Shown here piece after piece: positions 1 through 9,654 of a stretch of DNA of 64,000 bases. Positions within the stretch are counted from its first letter, which is position 1. Each line of letters opens with the position of its first letter. This stretch comes from Myxococcota bacterium. Its GTDB lineage: Bacteria > Myxococcota_A > SURF-8 > G963663525. Both the position numbers and the translations under genes were made by a program. The stretch lies in assembly GCA_963676915.2 (NCBI GenBank), contig CAXXVK010000006.1, forward strand, positions 1 to 64,000, written 5' to 3'. The notes under the pieces are model-generated. The model had not been told where the DNA came from, ran no database searches, and was given only the letters and a program-made list of their open reading frames with translations.

Positions 1-60
1 GCCATCCAAACCAGCGAGAACTTCAAAATGCTGCTGGTCATGCTGAAGGACCGTAGCTAA
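1..60 (+). CDS. 3' end of probable cupin-domain protein (partial, starts before window)
   Basis: Frame 1 reads AIQTSENFKMLLVMLKDRS*. FKMLL is the typical C-terminal strand of small cupins often found in hcp/NO regulons. Confidence 0.5.
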   Translation, partial: AIQTSENFKMLLVMLKDRS

Positions 61-77
61 ACAGAAAGGAACGCGCC

Positions 78-740
78 ATGTCCATCCAACAGACCCTCGG
101 AGAACTGACCACCCGCCATCCATCAGCCGCCAAGGTGTTTTACACCCACGGCCTCGATTACTGCTGCGGCGGCAAGCAGACCCTTGAAGACGCCTGCCGG
201 GAGAAAAACCTTCCCCCTGACGAGGTGCTGGCCGAGATTTCCCGCGAGGACGGAGAAAGCCAGCCCGGTCTTCGTTGGGAAACCCGGCCACTGCCCGAGT
301 TGATCGATTACATCCTCACGCGCTACCACGCCTCCCTGCGCGAAGATCTGCCGCGCCTCATCAATCTGGCCGCCAAGGTCGAAGAAGTCCACTGCGCCAA
401 GCCCGACTGCCCCACCGGACTGAAAAATCATCTTGAGGCCATCGCCGAGGCGGTGGAAAGCCACCTGGCGAAGGAAGAGCAAGTCCTGTTCCCGCTGATC
501 GCTTCTGGGCGCACGCAGGTCGCCTTCAATCCGATTCAGGTGATGAAGTTGGAGCACGAAGAGCACGGCGCGAACCTGCGCAAGACGCGGGAAATCACCC
601 ACGACTTCTTCCTTCCGGACGACGCCTGCGCCACCTGGCGGGAGCTGTACCGCAGCCTGGAACGGTTGGAAAAAGACCTGATGGACCATATCCATCTGGA
701 AAACAACATCCTGTTCCCGCGCGCCACGGAAGGGAGATGA
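78..740 (+). CDS. ric: Iron-sulfur cluster repair di-iron protein (Ric/YtfE)
   Basis: N-terminal LDYCCGG motif; hemerythrin motifs RYH, HLAKEEQVLFP, EHEEH, HIHLENNILFP. Confidence 0.95.
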   Translation: MSIQQTLGELTTRHPSAAKVFYTHGLDYCCGGKQTLEDACREKNLPPDEVLAEISREDGESQPGLRWETRPLPELIDYILTRYHASLREDLPRLINLAAKVEEVHCAKPDCPTGLKNHLEAIAEAVESHLAKEEQVLFPLIASGRTQVAFNPIQVMKLEHEEHGANLRKTREITHDFFLPDDACATWRELYRSLERLEKDLMDHIHLENNILFPRATEGR

Positions 741-743
741 ATC

Positions 744-3041
744 ATGGACACGATCAGAAAACGCTGGATCATCCTCGGCCTCGTTTTATTCGGCACGTTC
801 ATGATTCTGGGGCTGTTCGGGCGCGAGGTCTATCGCCAGGCTCCGCCGATCCCGGACAAGGTCGTCACCACGGACGGCAAGCTGCTGATGACCGAGGACG
901 ACATCCTGACCGGCCAGCAGGTCTGGCAACGCATCGGCGGGATGCAGATCGGCACCATCTGGGGCCACGGCGCATATCAGGCCCCCGACTGGTCGGCCGA
1001 CTGGCTGCACCGCGAAGCCACGGCGCTGCTCGGCATCTACGCGCAGAAGGAATACGGCCAGCCCTTCGCTAGCCTGGACGCCGAAAAACAGGGTGGCTTG
1101 AAGGAGCGGCTCAAACGCGAGATGCGGGCCAACACCTTCGATCCGGCGACGGGAACGGTGACCGTCTCCACCGAGCGTGCGGCGGCGATGGCCGCGACCG
1201 CCGATCATTACAAGGCGCTCTTCGGAGACGATTCCACGCTGGCCGGACTGCGCGAATCCTACGCTCTGCAAAACGACGCCGTACCGGATGCCGAGAAGCG
1301 CGCGCTGATGACGGATTTCTTTTTCTGGACATCCTGGGCCTGCGCCACCGAACGACCGAACCTCGGCGTCACCTACACCAACAACTGGCCGCACGAACCG
1401 CTGATCGGCAACCAGCCCACCTCCGCCAACGTGCTGTGGTCCATCATCAGCATCGTCGTGCTCCTTGCCGGAATCGGCCTCCTGGTCTGGTACAAGACCT
1501 TCCGCGACAAGCACGAGGAACTGCCGGAGCCGCCGAAGACGGACCCGCTGGACGGCTTCGCCCTGACGCCCTCAATGAAGGCGGTGGCCAAGTACGCCGT
1601 GACGGTGATCGCTTTGTTTGTCCTGCAAGTCCTGCTCGGCGCGCTGACGGCGCATTACACCGTGGAGGGCGACAGTTTCTACGGCCTGCCGCTGCCGGAC
1701 TACATCCCCTACGTCGTCAGTCGAACATGGCACATCCAGCTCGCTGTCTTCTGGATCGCCACATCTTTCCTGGCGGCCGGACTCTTCCTCGCCCCAGCGG
1801 TGGGTGGCAAGGAGCCCCGTTTCCAGCGTTTGGGCGTCAACGTCCTGTTCGTGGCGCTGGTTGTCGTCGTGCTCGGCTCGATGGCGGGCGAATGGGCCTC
1901 GGTGAAGGGCTATTTCGGCCTCGACAGCGGTTTTTGGCTGGGCCACCAGGGTTATGAATACGTGGACCTGGGCCGCGCCTGGCAGATCGCCCTGTTCACC
2001 GGGCTGGTGCTGTGGCTGGTGTTGATGCTGCGCGGCCTGTGGCCTGCCTTGAAGCGGCGCGACAGCATGCGTCAGGTTGTTCTGCTCTTCGCCGGGTCCG
2101 GCGCAGCCATCGGGCTGTTTTACGCCTCCGGATTTTTCTACGGCTCGCGCACGCATTTGTCGGTGATGGAGTACTGGCGCTGGTGGGTGGTGCATCTGTG
2201 GGTGGAAGGCTTCATGGAGGTCTTCGCCACCGCCGTCATGGCCTTCATCTTCACCAAGTTAGGCCTGGTGCGCGCCAGCAGCGCCATCTCGGCGGCGCTC
2301 TTCTCCACCGCCATCTTCCTGGTCGGCGGCATCCCCGGAACCTTCCACCACCTGTATTTCAGCGGCACGCCGGTTTCCATCATGGCCGTGGGCGCAAGCT
2401 TCAGCGCGCTGGAGGTCGTCCCGCTGGCGCTGATCGGTTACGAAGCCTGGGAAACCTACAAGCTCTCCGGCCGCGCAAGCTGGATGGAGAAATACCGCTG
2501 GCCGACGCGCTTCTTCCTGGGCGTGGCGTTCTGGAATTTCGTTGGCGCGGGCATCTTCGGCTTCCTCATCAATCCGCCCATCGCGCTCTACTATATGCAG
2601 GGATTGAACACCACGCCGGTTCACGGCCACGCGGCGCTCTTCGGCGTGTACGGCCTGTTGTCTTTGGGATTGATATTATTGATCCTGCGCCGCCTGCAGC
2701 CGCAGGGAGTCTGGAAGGAAACTCCGCTCAAGCTCGCTTTCTGGTCGCTGAACATCGGCCTGGGCCTGATGATCGCTCTGAGTCTTCTGCCCATCGGTCT
2801 GGCGCAGGCGGCGGCCAGCATCGACACCGGCCTGTGGTACGCCAGAAGCGCGGACTTCCTGCAGCAACCGATCATCGAGAACCTTCGCTGGGCGCGCTTC
2901 GTCGGCGACACGGTGTTCCTGTTCGGCGTTGCTGCGCTGGTCTGGTTCGTGGCAGGGCTGAAGTTCGGATGGTCTTACGAGAATGCGGGCAACAAAGAGG
3001 TGGAATCCGATCTAAAGGAAGCGTCCGGACTCACCAAGTAA
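744..3041 (+). CDS. norB: Quinol-dependent nitric oxide reductase (qNOR)
   Basis: 765 aa polytopic protein with WGHGAYQAPDWSADWLH, WWVVHLWVEG, GTFHHLY and HGHAALFGVYG motifs. Confidence 0.95.
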   Translation: MDTIRKRWIILGLVLFGTFMILGLFGREVYRQAPPIPDKVVTTDGKLLMTEDDILTGQQVWQRIGGMQIGTIWGHGAYQAPDWSADWLHREATALLGIYAQKEYGQPFASLDAEKQGGLKERLKREMRANTFDPATGTVTVSTERAAAMAATADHYKALFGDDSTLAGLRESYALQNDAVPDAEKRALMTDFFFWTSWACATERPNLGVTYTNNWPHEPLIGNQPTSANVLWSIISIVVLLAGIGLLVWYKTFRDKHEELPEPPKTDPLDGFALTPSMKAVAKYAVTVIALFVLQVLLGALTAHYTVEGDSFYGLPLPDYIPYVVSRTWHIQLAVFWIATSFLAAGLFLAPAVGGKEPRFQRLGVNVLFVALVVVVLGSMAGEWASVKGYFGLDSGFWLGHQGYEYVDLGRAWQIALFTGLVLWLVLMLRGLWPALKRRDSMRQVVLLFAGSGAAIGLFYASGFFYGSRTHLSVMEYWRWWVVHLWVEGFMEVFATAVMAFIFTKLGLVRASSAISAALFSTAIFLVGGIPGTFHHLYFSGTPVSIMAVGASFSALEVVPLALIGYEAWETYKLSGRASWMEKYRWPTRFFLGVAFWNFVGAGIFGFLINPPIALYYMQGLNTTPVHGHAALFGVYGLLSLGLILLILRRLQPQGVWKETPLKLAFWSLNIGLGLMIALSLLPIGLAQAAASIDTGLWYARSADFLQQPIIENLRWARFVGDTVFLFGVAALVWFVAGLKFGWSYENAGNKEVESDLKEASGLTK

Positions 3042-3063
3042 AGCGAGCCGAAATTGAAATCTA

Positions 3064-3095
3064 TTCAGCGCCGTCTCTTCGGAGGCGGCGCTGAA
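3064..3095 (+). terminator. Strong GC hairpin after norB (terminator or mRNA-stabilising stem)
   Basis: TTCAGCGCCGTCTC-TTCG-GAGGCGGCGCTGAA; no U-tract follows. Confidence 0.55.
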
Positions 3096-3120
3096 CCCAT
3101 CTCAACTAAAAGGCAAATCC

Positions 3121-3315
3121 GTGGAAAAATGTGTGTGCTCAAAATGCGGTTGGATCTATGATCCGGAGATAGGTGCTGCCACAGGATTGATACTTCCGGA
3201 AACTCCTTTTATCTTGATACCATGTGATTGGCGATGCCCAGAGTGTTCAGCGAGCAAGGCAGAATTTGACCCCGCAATGGATGCCTGTTTAATCCACTCT
3301 ATAATCAATTCTTGA
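3121..3315 (+). CDS. Rubredoxin
   Basis: CSKCGWIYDP...DWRCPEC knuckles; GTG start. Confidence 0.85.
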   Translation: MEKCVCSKCGWIYDPEIGAATGLILPETPFILIPCDWRCPECSASKAEFDPAMDACLIHSIINS

Positions 3316-3530
3316 GCTTCTCGTCTAATGTCTCTTGATCGATATTCAGAATCTTTTTGGTGCGTGTTTCATGCGGTTGGAAACAGAATTCGACTGTCAT
3401 TGATGACCCAATCATTTTAACATTTTTGCGGCTCCCTTCCAAAATCCGATGTGATATCTAACGTTTGTCTCGTGAATCATGATTGTTCTGGAGTAATTGT
3501 CAATAAAAAGCTTGACTTCAACGACCCAAA

Positions 3531-3555
3531 CAGGTAATTGGAGTCCTAATACCTG
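3531..3555. promoter_or_regulatory. Putative Rrf2 operator 1 overlapping the regulator's own promoter
   Basis: CAGGTAATTGGAGTCCTAATACCTG (CAGGTA-N13-TACCTG), just downstream of a TTGACT -35 at 3512-3517; 20/25 identical to the reverse complement of the site at 4061. Confidence 0.7.
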
Positions 3556-3561
3556 ATTGGA

Positions 3562-4011
3562 GTGATCATGAAAAGCATTCTCAACATATCCGAAGCCGCC
3601 AACTTAGCCATTCATGCTCTGGCCTATATGGCCACACTTGGTGAATCTCAACCCGCATCCGTCGCCCAAATCGCCGGTGATCTGAATGTTTCACAAGCCC
3701 ATCTCGCCAAAGTACTGCAAAAGCTTGTTCGAGCCAGCATGATTTTGTCCAGTCGAGGCGCAAAGGGAGGATTCTACTTTGAACGTGACCCGGCGGGGAT
3801 TTCCCTGTACGATATCCTTACTACCATAGATGGTCCTTTGAACAGTGGCGGTTGCCTTCTAGGCAACCCTGTGTGTGCTTCGGGTGATTGCCGGTTGCAG
3901 GGTTTGGCTCGTAAGGTTGAAAGCCTGGTTAAGGATGAACTCGAACAAGTCACACTGGGTGATCTGATAATCAAGCCAGCCATGAATTTGAAGCTGGCCA
4001 GCGGTCAATAG
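3562..4011 (+). CDS. Rrf2-family Fe-S transcriptional regulator (NsrR-like role)
   Basis: HLAKVLQKL helix, SSRGAKGGF wing, and three C-terminal Cys (CLLGNPVCASGDC). Confidence 0.92.
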   Translation: MIMKSILNISEAANLAIHALAYMATLGESQPASVAQIAGDLNVSQAHLAKVLQKLVRASMILSSRGAKGGFYFERDPAGISLYDILTTIDGPLNSGGCLLGNPVCASGDCRLQGLARKVESLVKDELEQVTLGDLIIKPAMNLKLASGQ

Positions 4012-4060
4012 GAAAAAGGTAATGCATAGTTTGCAATACGTTTATCAGTGTCAGTTGAAT

Positions 4061-4085
4061 CGGGTATTGGGACTCTTATTACCTA
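4061..4085. promoter_or_regulatory. Putative Rrf2 operator 2 upstream of hcp
   Basis: CGGGTATTGGGACTCTTATTACCTA, about 40 bp before the hcp ATG; matches operator 1. Confidence 0.7.
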
Positions 4086-4127
4086 CTTGATACGGTACTA
4101 ACGTGAGTCAAAAACGAAGGAGGAACC

Positions 4128-5774
4128 ATGTTTTGTTATCAATGTCAGGAAACGGCCAAAAACTCGGGTTGTACGATCAGAGGCGTGTGCGGCAAATCCG
4201 AGGAAACCGCAGATCTTCAGGATCTGCTCATTTACGTCTGTAAAGGAATCTCGGTTTACGGTGAAAAGCTGAAGGAGAAAGGGACGATCGATAAAGAGGC
4301 CGGTCACTTCATCTGCGAAGCCCTTTTTACCACCATCACCAATGTCGCCTGGGACGATGGGGTAATCATCGACCGGATCAAACAGGCCATCAAGGTTCGC
4401 GATGCAGTCAAGGAAAAGCTCGGCGGCGACGCGCCGGGCGCGCTGCCGGATTGCGCCACCTGGGCTTCAGATGACAACGACGAGATCCTGGCCAAGGCCA
4501 AGTCGGACGACGTTCGCATCACCGCCGCCGAGAATGAAGATGTACGCTCCTTGCGGGAACTGTTGATTATCGGCAGCAAAGGAATCGCCGCCTATGCCGA
4601 CCATGCCGCTGTTCTCGGCCATGAAAAAGACGACGTCTACGCTTTTCTCATGGAAGCGCTGGCCTCCACGACGAAAGAGCTATCCACCGACGAGATGATC
4701 GCCATGGTCATGAGGGCCGGAGAATCCGCCGTCAATACCATGGCTCTGCTGGACGAAGCCAATACCAAGGCCTACGGCCACCCGGAAATCACCGAAGTGA
4801 ACATCGGAGTGGGCCCAAACCCCGGCATCCTGATTTCCGGCCACGATCTGAAAGACATGGAGGAGCTGCTCAAGCAGACGGAAGGAACCGGCGTGGATGT
4901 TTACACCCACGGCGAGATGCTGCCCGCCAACTACTACCCGGCTTTCAAGAAATACGACCACTTCGTCGGCAACTACGGCGGGTCGTGGTGGCACCAGAAC
5001 AAGGATTTCGAATCCTTCAACGGCCCTATCGTTCTCACCACCAACTGCCTGATTCCGATCAGAAAAGACAACACCTACCTGGATCGGCTGTTCACCACCG
5101 GCATGGTCAATTATCCGGGAGCCGCGCACCTTCCCAAAAGGTCTGCCGGTGGGGCGAAGGATTTCTCCGCCGTCATCGAACGGGCCAAGCAATGCGCTCC
5201 GCCGCAGGAGATCGAAACCGGTAAAATCGTGGGCGGCTTCGCCCATAATCAGGTTCTGGCTCTGGCCGACAAGGTGATCGAGGCCGTCAAAACCGGAGCG
5301 ATCAAGCGCTTTGTCGTCATGGCCGGATGCGATGGACGTCAGAAATCCCGCAACTACTTCACCGAAGTGGCGGAAAACCTCCCCAAGGATACCGTTATTC
5401 TGACGGCGGGCTGCGCCAAATACCGCTACAACAAACTGGCCTTGGGCGACATCGGAGGCATCCCCCGCGTCCTGGACGCTGGACAGTGCAACGATTCCTA
5501 CTCTCTGGCCGTGATCGCCCTGAAGCTCAAAGAAGCCTTCGGACTGGAGGACATCAACGAGTTGCCTATTTCCTACGACATCGCCTGGTACGAACAGAAG
5601 GCCGTGGCCGTCCTGCTCGCGCTGCTCTTTTTGGGGGTCAAGGGCATTCGCCTGGGACCGACGCTGCCGGGCTTCCTCTCGCCCAACGTGGCCAATGTCC
5701 TGGTCGAGAAGTTCGACATCAAGCCGATCGGCGCCGTGGAGGACGACATTGCGGCAATGATGGCTGGAAACTGA
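4128..5774 (+). CDS. hcp: Hybrid cluster protein (hydroxylamine/NO reductase), class I type
   Basis: MFCYQCQET...[10 protein letters not shown] (C-x2-C-x8-C-x5-C), SGHDL, THGEMLP, GCDG, GQCND and WYEQKA motifs; AAGGAGG RBS. Confidence 0.97.
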   Translation: MFCYQCQETAKNSGCTIRGVCGKSEETADLQDLLIYVCKGISVYGEKLKEKGTIDKEAGHFICEALFTTITNVAWDDGVIIDRIKQAIKVRDAVKEKLGGDAPGALPDCATWASDDNDEILAKAKSDDVRITAAENEDVRSLRELLIIGSKGIAAYADHAAVLGHEKDDVYAFLMEALASTTKELSTDEMIAMVMRAGESAVNTMALLDEANTKAYGHPEITEVNIGVGPNPGILISGHDLKDMEELLKQTEGTGVDVYTHGEMLPANYYPAFKKYDHFVGNYGGSWWHQNKDFESFNGPIVLTTNCLIPIRKDNTYLDRLFTTGMVNYPGAAHLPKRSAGGAKDFSAVIERAKQCAPPQEIETGKIVGGFAHNQVLALADKVIEAVKTGAIKRFVVMAGCDGRQKSRNYFTEVAENLPKDTVILTAGCAKYRYNKLALGDIGGIPRVLDAGQCNDSYSLAVIALKLKEAFGLEDINELPISYDIAWYEQKAVAVLLALLFLGVKGIRLGPTLPGFLSPNVANVLVEKFDIKPIGAVEDDIAAMMAGN

Positions 5775-5797
5775 GTATTTGAGCGAACAACGGCATA

Positions 5798-5850
5798 TGA
5801 GCACGTATGAGGAGATGCCGGTCTGGATCGGCGTCTCCTCAGCGTGCTCA
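5798..5850 (+). terminator. Long hairpin after hcp
   Basis: TGAGCACG..TGAGGAGATGCCG-GTCTGGAT-CGGCGTCTCCTCA.CGTGCTCA. Confidence 0.55.
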
Positions 5851-5939
5851 ACTTCAACGAAGAAAGGTTTTTTTACATAAATCCAGCAGAAAGACATTTG
5901 TGTTCTGTTCAACAGGATAGAAAGGAACGACTTAAAACC

Positions 5940-6329
5940 ATGATCGCACTGCACATCCTGACAGTCGTTTTCTCATTTATCTTGCTTGCCGCTCACTTTC
6001 TCCGTGAAGCGAACACGATCCTTGTCGCGATGTGCTTGATTGCGCCGTTTTTCCTGATAGTGAAACGCCCCTGGGCGGCCAGGCTGTTGCAACTTCTACT
6101 GGCCGTTGGCTCAATGGTGTGGATTTTGACTTTGGCGGAGCTTGTGATGCATCGTGTCGCAAATGGTGAACCCTGGATGCGGCTGGTTTTCATTCTTGGT
6201 GGCGTTGCGCTCTTCACCGGCTTTTCTGCATGGCTCTTCAGCCGAAAGCATCTTTCGGTGCGCTTTGGGTTGAAACCTAGCAATAATCCAGATGCTCCCT
6301 CGGAAGACCTTGCTTCTGGAGTTATGTGA
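5940..6329 (+). CDS. Small 4-TM membrane protein (LLAAHFLR family, usually hcp-linked)
   Basis: MIALHILTVVFSFILLAAHFLR...GEPWMRL; four hydrophobic segments; ATG 5940 preferred to GTG 5844. Confidence 0.7.
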   Translation: MIALHILTVVFSFILLAAHFLREANTILVAMCLIAPFFLIVKRPWAARLLQLLLAVGSMVWILTLAELVMHRVANGEPWMRLVFILGGVALFTGFSAWLFSRKHLSVRFGLKPSNNPDAPSEDLASGVM

Positions 6330-7356
6330 TGGAGCGCACGATCATCCCCACGTTATCCAGAACCACAAACGCTGAAAAGACGCTCCTAGATCACTCTGGC
6401 CATCGGTGTCTGCCTTCGTCTTGACTTCCGTCCTATTGGCGTTGTCTCATATGAAGGAACCATTTCCCATCCTGATGTTGGATCGGTTTTTTCCCGGTTG
6501 GGCCTGGCTGGAAATCGCCGGGCTCGCGACCTACGCGGCATGGCTCATGCCGAAAATGCTGAATCCCGCATCGGCGAAGATATGGCGTCCGCGAATCTGG
6601 TATCTCTTTACGATTGTTTTCTTCGGCCAACTCGCTCTGGGGCTGCTTGGTTTCGAACAGTTTCTGATGACCGGAAAGCTGCACTTGCCCGTTCCGGCTA
6701 TGATTGCCGCCGGTCCGATTTATCGTGGCGAAGGCTTTTTCATGCTCGTTCTGTTTCTTTCCACCGTAGTGTTGGTGGGACCGGCCTGGTGCAGCCATTT
6801 GTGTTACGTCGGCTCCTGGGATGAAGCCGCTTCTCACCACGCAGGCAAGCGCCGCCCAATGCCCAAGGCACGACCGGTCCTCCGCTGGATCATTACTCTG
6901 TTGGTGATCGGCTCGGCTATCGGGTTGCGTTTGACGGGACTTCCTTCCAGTCTCGCCTTCTTCTTGGCACTCGGATTTGGCCTCGTAGGTGTTGCCATTA
7001 TGCTGTTATGGTCGAGACATTGGGGACAGCGTGCGCACTGCACGACCTACTGTCCGATGGGACTGATCGCTAACCTGATCGGCAAGATCAACCCGTTTAG
7101 GATTCGCATCGGACCTGACTGCACCGAATGCCGCGCCTGTATACGCGCCTGTCGCTGTGATGCGCTGGATTTGGCGGCGATCCAAAACAAACAACCGAAG
7201 CTGTCCTGCACGCTCTGCGGCGATTGCATTTCTGCTTGTCGGCATGGGCAAATCGGATACCGTTTTCTCTGGTTGCGACCAGAACAGGCGCGAGTGCTGT
7301 TTTACGTTTTGGTCATCACGCTTCATGCAACATTCCTTGGTATAGCAAGGATATAG
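6329..7356 (+). CDS. Membrane-bound 4Fe-4S binding protein (NapH/MauN-like), probable 1-nt deletion near 6375
   Basis: ORF 6406-7356 has WCSHLC, HCTTYCP, CTECRACIRAC and CTLCGDCISAC. A coupled ATG at 6329 (TGATG) is out of frame by one base at GAAAAG. Confidence 0.8.
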
Positions 7357-7660
7357 AGGATGGAACTTGTCTTTCATAAAAGCTTTTGAATTGCCGTGGG
7401 AAATGAATTTTATCGAAAACTCGACCAATTATGTGTAGAATGGATCCATAGATGAATTATTTGGCAGATAGACCGATAGAATAACCTGATGAAGTTCGGA
7501 ATTCCGCAGAGCGGGCGAAATATTCTTATCCGCCGCTTTGTGCTTTGCGAGGACATGAATTCCAGTCATGGCGTAGCGTAGGCGATGCAAAACCTGTATG
7601 AAATCCGCAAGCTGGAGAATAAGCGCCGCTTGCATGACCGGGAAGACGGAGAACGAAACG

Positions 7661-8104
7661 GTGAAATTATCCTTGTTGCCTACTATAACCGTGGCCGCCA
7701 TTGGCGTTTTGATAGGGCTGGGTGTGACAACCTTTCATTACGCAGAGGGGTTATCTTATCTCAGCAAAGACCCGAAGGCCTGCGTTAATTGCCATATCAT
7801 GCGACCGCAGTATGATGGATGGCTGAAAGCCAGCCACCATACCGTAGCTACTTGCGCCGATTGTCATTTGCCTGCAAGTTTTCCGGGGACATATATTGCC
7901 AAGAGTGAAAATGGCTGGAACCATTCTAAGGCGTTCACGCTTCAGAATTTCCCGGAGCCGATAGTAATTACACAAAAGAACGCTGAGATTCTTCATGAAA
8001 ACTGTCTGCGATGTCATGCAAACATCGTGAACGAAATGTCCATCACTTCATCTGAGGGCTCACCGCGCTGCGTGCGATGCCATGTCACCGTCGGTCCACG
8101 GTGA
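7661..8104 (+). CDS. nrfH: Cytochrome c nitrite reductase small subunit NrfH (C-terminus probably frameshifted at about 8096)
   Basis: N-terminal TM; CVNCH, CADCH, CLRCH and CVRCH motifs; the expected VGH ending continues in another frame (HGEPVGLGG). Confidence 0.88.
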   Translation: MKLSLLPTITVAAIGVLIGLGVTTFHYAEGLSYLSKDPKACVNCHIMRPQYDGWLKASHHTVATCADCHLPASFPGTYIAKSENGWNHSKAFTLQNFPEPIVITQKNAEILHENCLRCHANIVNEMSITSSEGSPRCVRCHVTVGPR

Positions 8105-8162
8105 GCCTGTGGGATTGGGTGGTCCGATGGCGCTTTCAAGCAAACGGAGAGAAGGGAATAAA

Positions 8163-9588
8163 ATGAGCTCACCGACTAACAAATCTAAGCATGTGATGTT
8201 TTATATCGCCGTTTTGCTGGTTGTCGCTATAGCCACCGCAGGTGTAACAGCGCTCCTGATCAATATTGGACGAGCGCAAGGCCGAGGAGCGCACACCCTT
8301 CGTGCGGCTGGTCGAGGTGGACGAGGATACGACCGATCCGGCCAAGTGGGGCGTGAACTGGCCCAAGCAGTTACGATACTTATAAATTGACCGCTCAGCA
8401 CACGAAGACCCGTTACGGTGGTCACGGCGGCAGTGAGGCGCTTCCAGAAGAAAAGATCGAGCGAGATCCTTGGCTCAAGCGCATGTTCCTGGGATACGCC
8501 TTCTCCATCGACTACCGTGACCGACGCGGCCATGCCTACATGCTACAGGATCAAGAGCAAACCGAGCGCCAGACCAAGCCGCAATCCGGTTCCTGTATTC
8601 ATTGCCATGCGTCCGTCATGCCGCTGTATCGCAAACTCGGCAACGGCGACGCCATCGCCGGTTTCGAGTAAACCTATGCCATGAGCTACAAGGAAACCAA
8701 CCAGATGCTGCACGACATCGGGCATGCCCACCCGGTCTCCTGTGTCGATTGCCATGACCCGCAGACCATGGCGATCCGTGTGACCCGTCCGGGACTGATT
8801 TCAGGGTATGGAGCGGTTGGCCAATGGAAATGGCGAAGTACCCTCATTTACCTTCCGTTCAGCGCTGGCGCGAAGGCTCTCGCGACCGCCCATACGACAT
8901 CAACAAAGATGCCTCCAGAACGGAAATGCGTTCTCTGGTCTGCGCCCAATGCCATGTCGAGTATTACTGTTCAAGCAGTTTCAAACTGACCTTCCCGTGG
9001 GGGAATGGGCTGACGGTCGAACAGGCCGAGCAGTTCTGGGACGATACCACGTTGGCCAGCGGTGAACGCTTCTACGATTACAAACACAAGGAAACGCAGG
9101 CACCGATTCTGAAAGCACAGCACCCCGAATTCGAACTGTGGAGCCAAGGCATTCACGCGCGTTCCGGAGTGGCCTGCGCCGACTGCCACATGCCCTATAT
9201 GCGCGACGGCGCAACAAAGGTATCCGACCACTGGGTGCGCAGTCCTCTTCTGAATGTCAACCGGGCCTGCCAGGTCTGTCACAAGTTTTCTGAAACAGAA
9301 ATTCAGGCGCGGGTGGCGAGAATCCAGGACAGCAACTATCGGCTCCTGCAAAACGCCGGAGCCGCCATCGTCGATCTGATCGACACCATCATTGCAGCAC
9401 GTGAAAAAGGCGCGACGGAAGAACAGTTGGCTCCCGCACTTGAGTTTCAACGCAAGGCACAGTGGCGGCTCGACTTCGTCGCAGCAGAGAATTCCATGGG
9501 ATTTCATGCTCCCCAGGAAACGGCCCGGATTCTAGGTGAAGCAGCTGATCTCGCCAGGCAGGGGCAGGTGACGGTGCTTCGGCTATAG
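8163..9588 (+). pseudogene. nrfA: Ammonia-forming cytochrome c nitrite reductase NrfA (CxxCH-type), disrupted
   Basis: Reassembled across frames: [75 protein letters not shown]. +1 shifts near 8268, 8371, 8807 and 8841; in-frame TAA at 8669-8671. Confidence 0.9.
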
Positions 9589-9654
9589 TGATCTTATAGA
9601 GTCTGCAGCCAAACCCACCTCGTTAATACATGACCGCAATAGCTTTGACCTGCC

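Noticed and set aside
744-3041. NO dismutase (NOD) instead of qNOR
   Set aside because: Canonical HLWVEG, HH and quinol-site His (RTWHIQ) residues are all present.
3330-3480. FNR or HcpR boxes
   Set aside because: Only half-sites (TTGAT) without a correctly spaced partner.
7360-7660. Gene between the 4Fe-4S protein and nrfH
   Set aside because: Only short ORFs without motifs; may be a remnant but cannot be supported.
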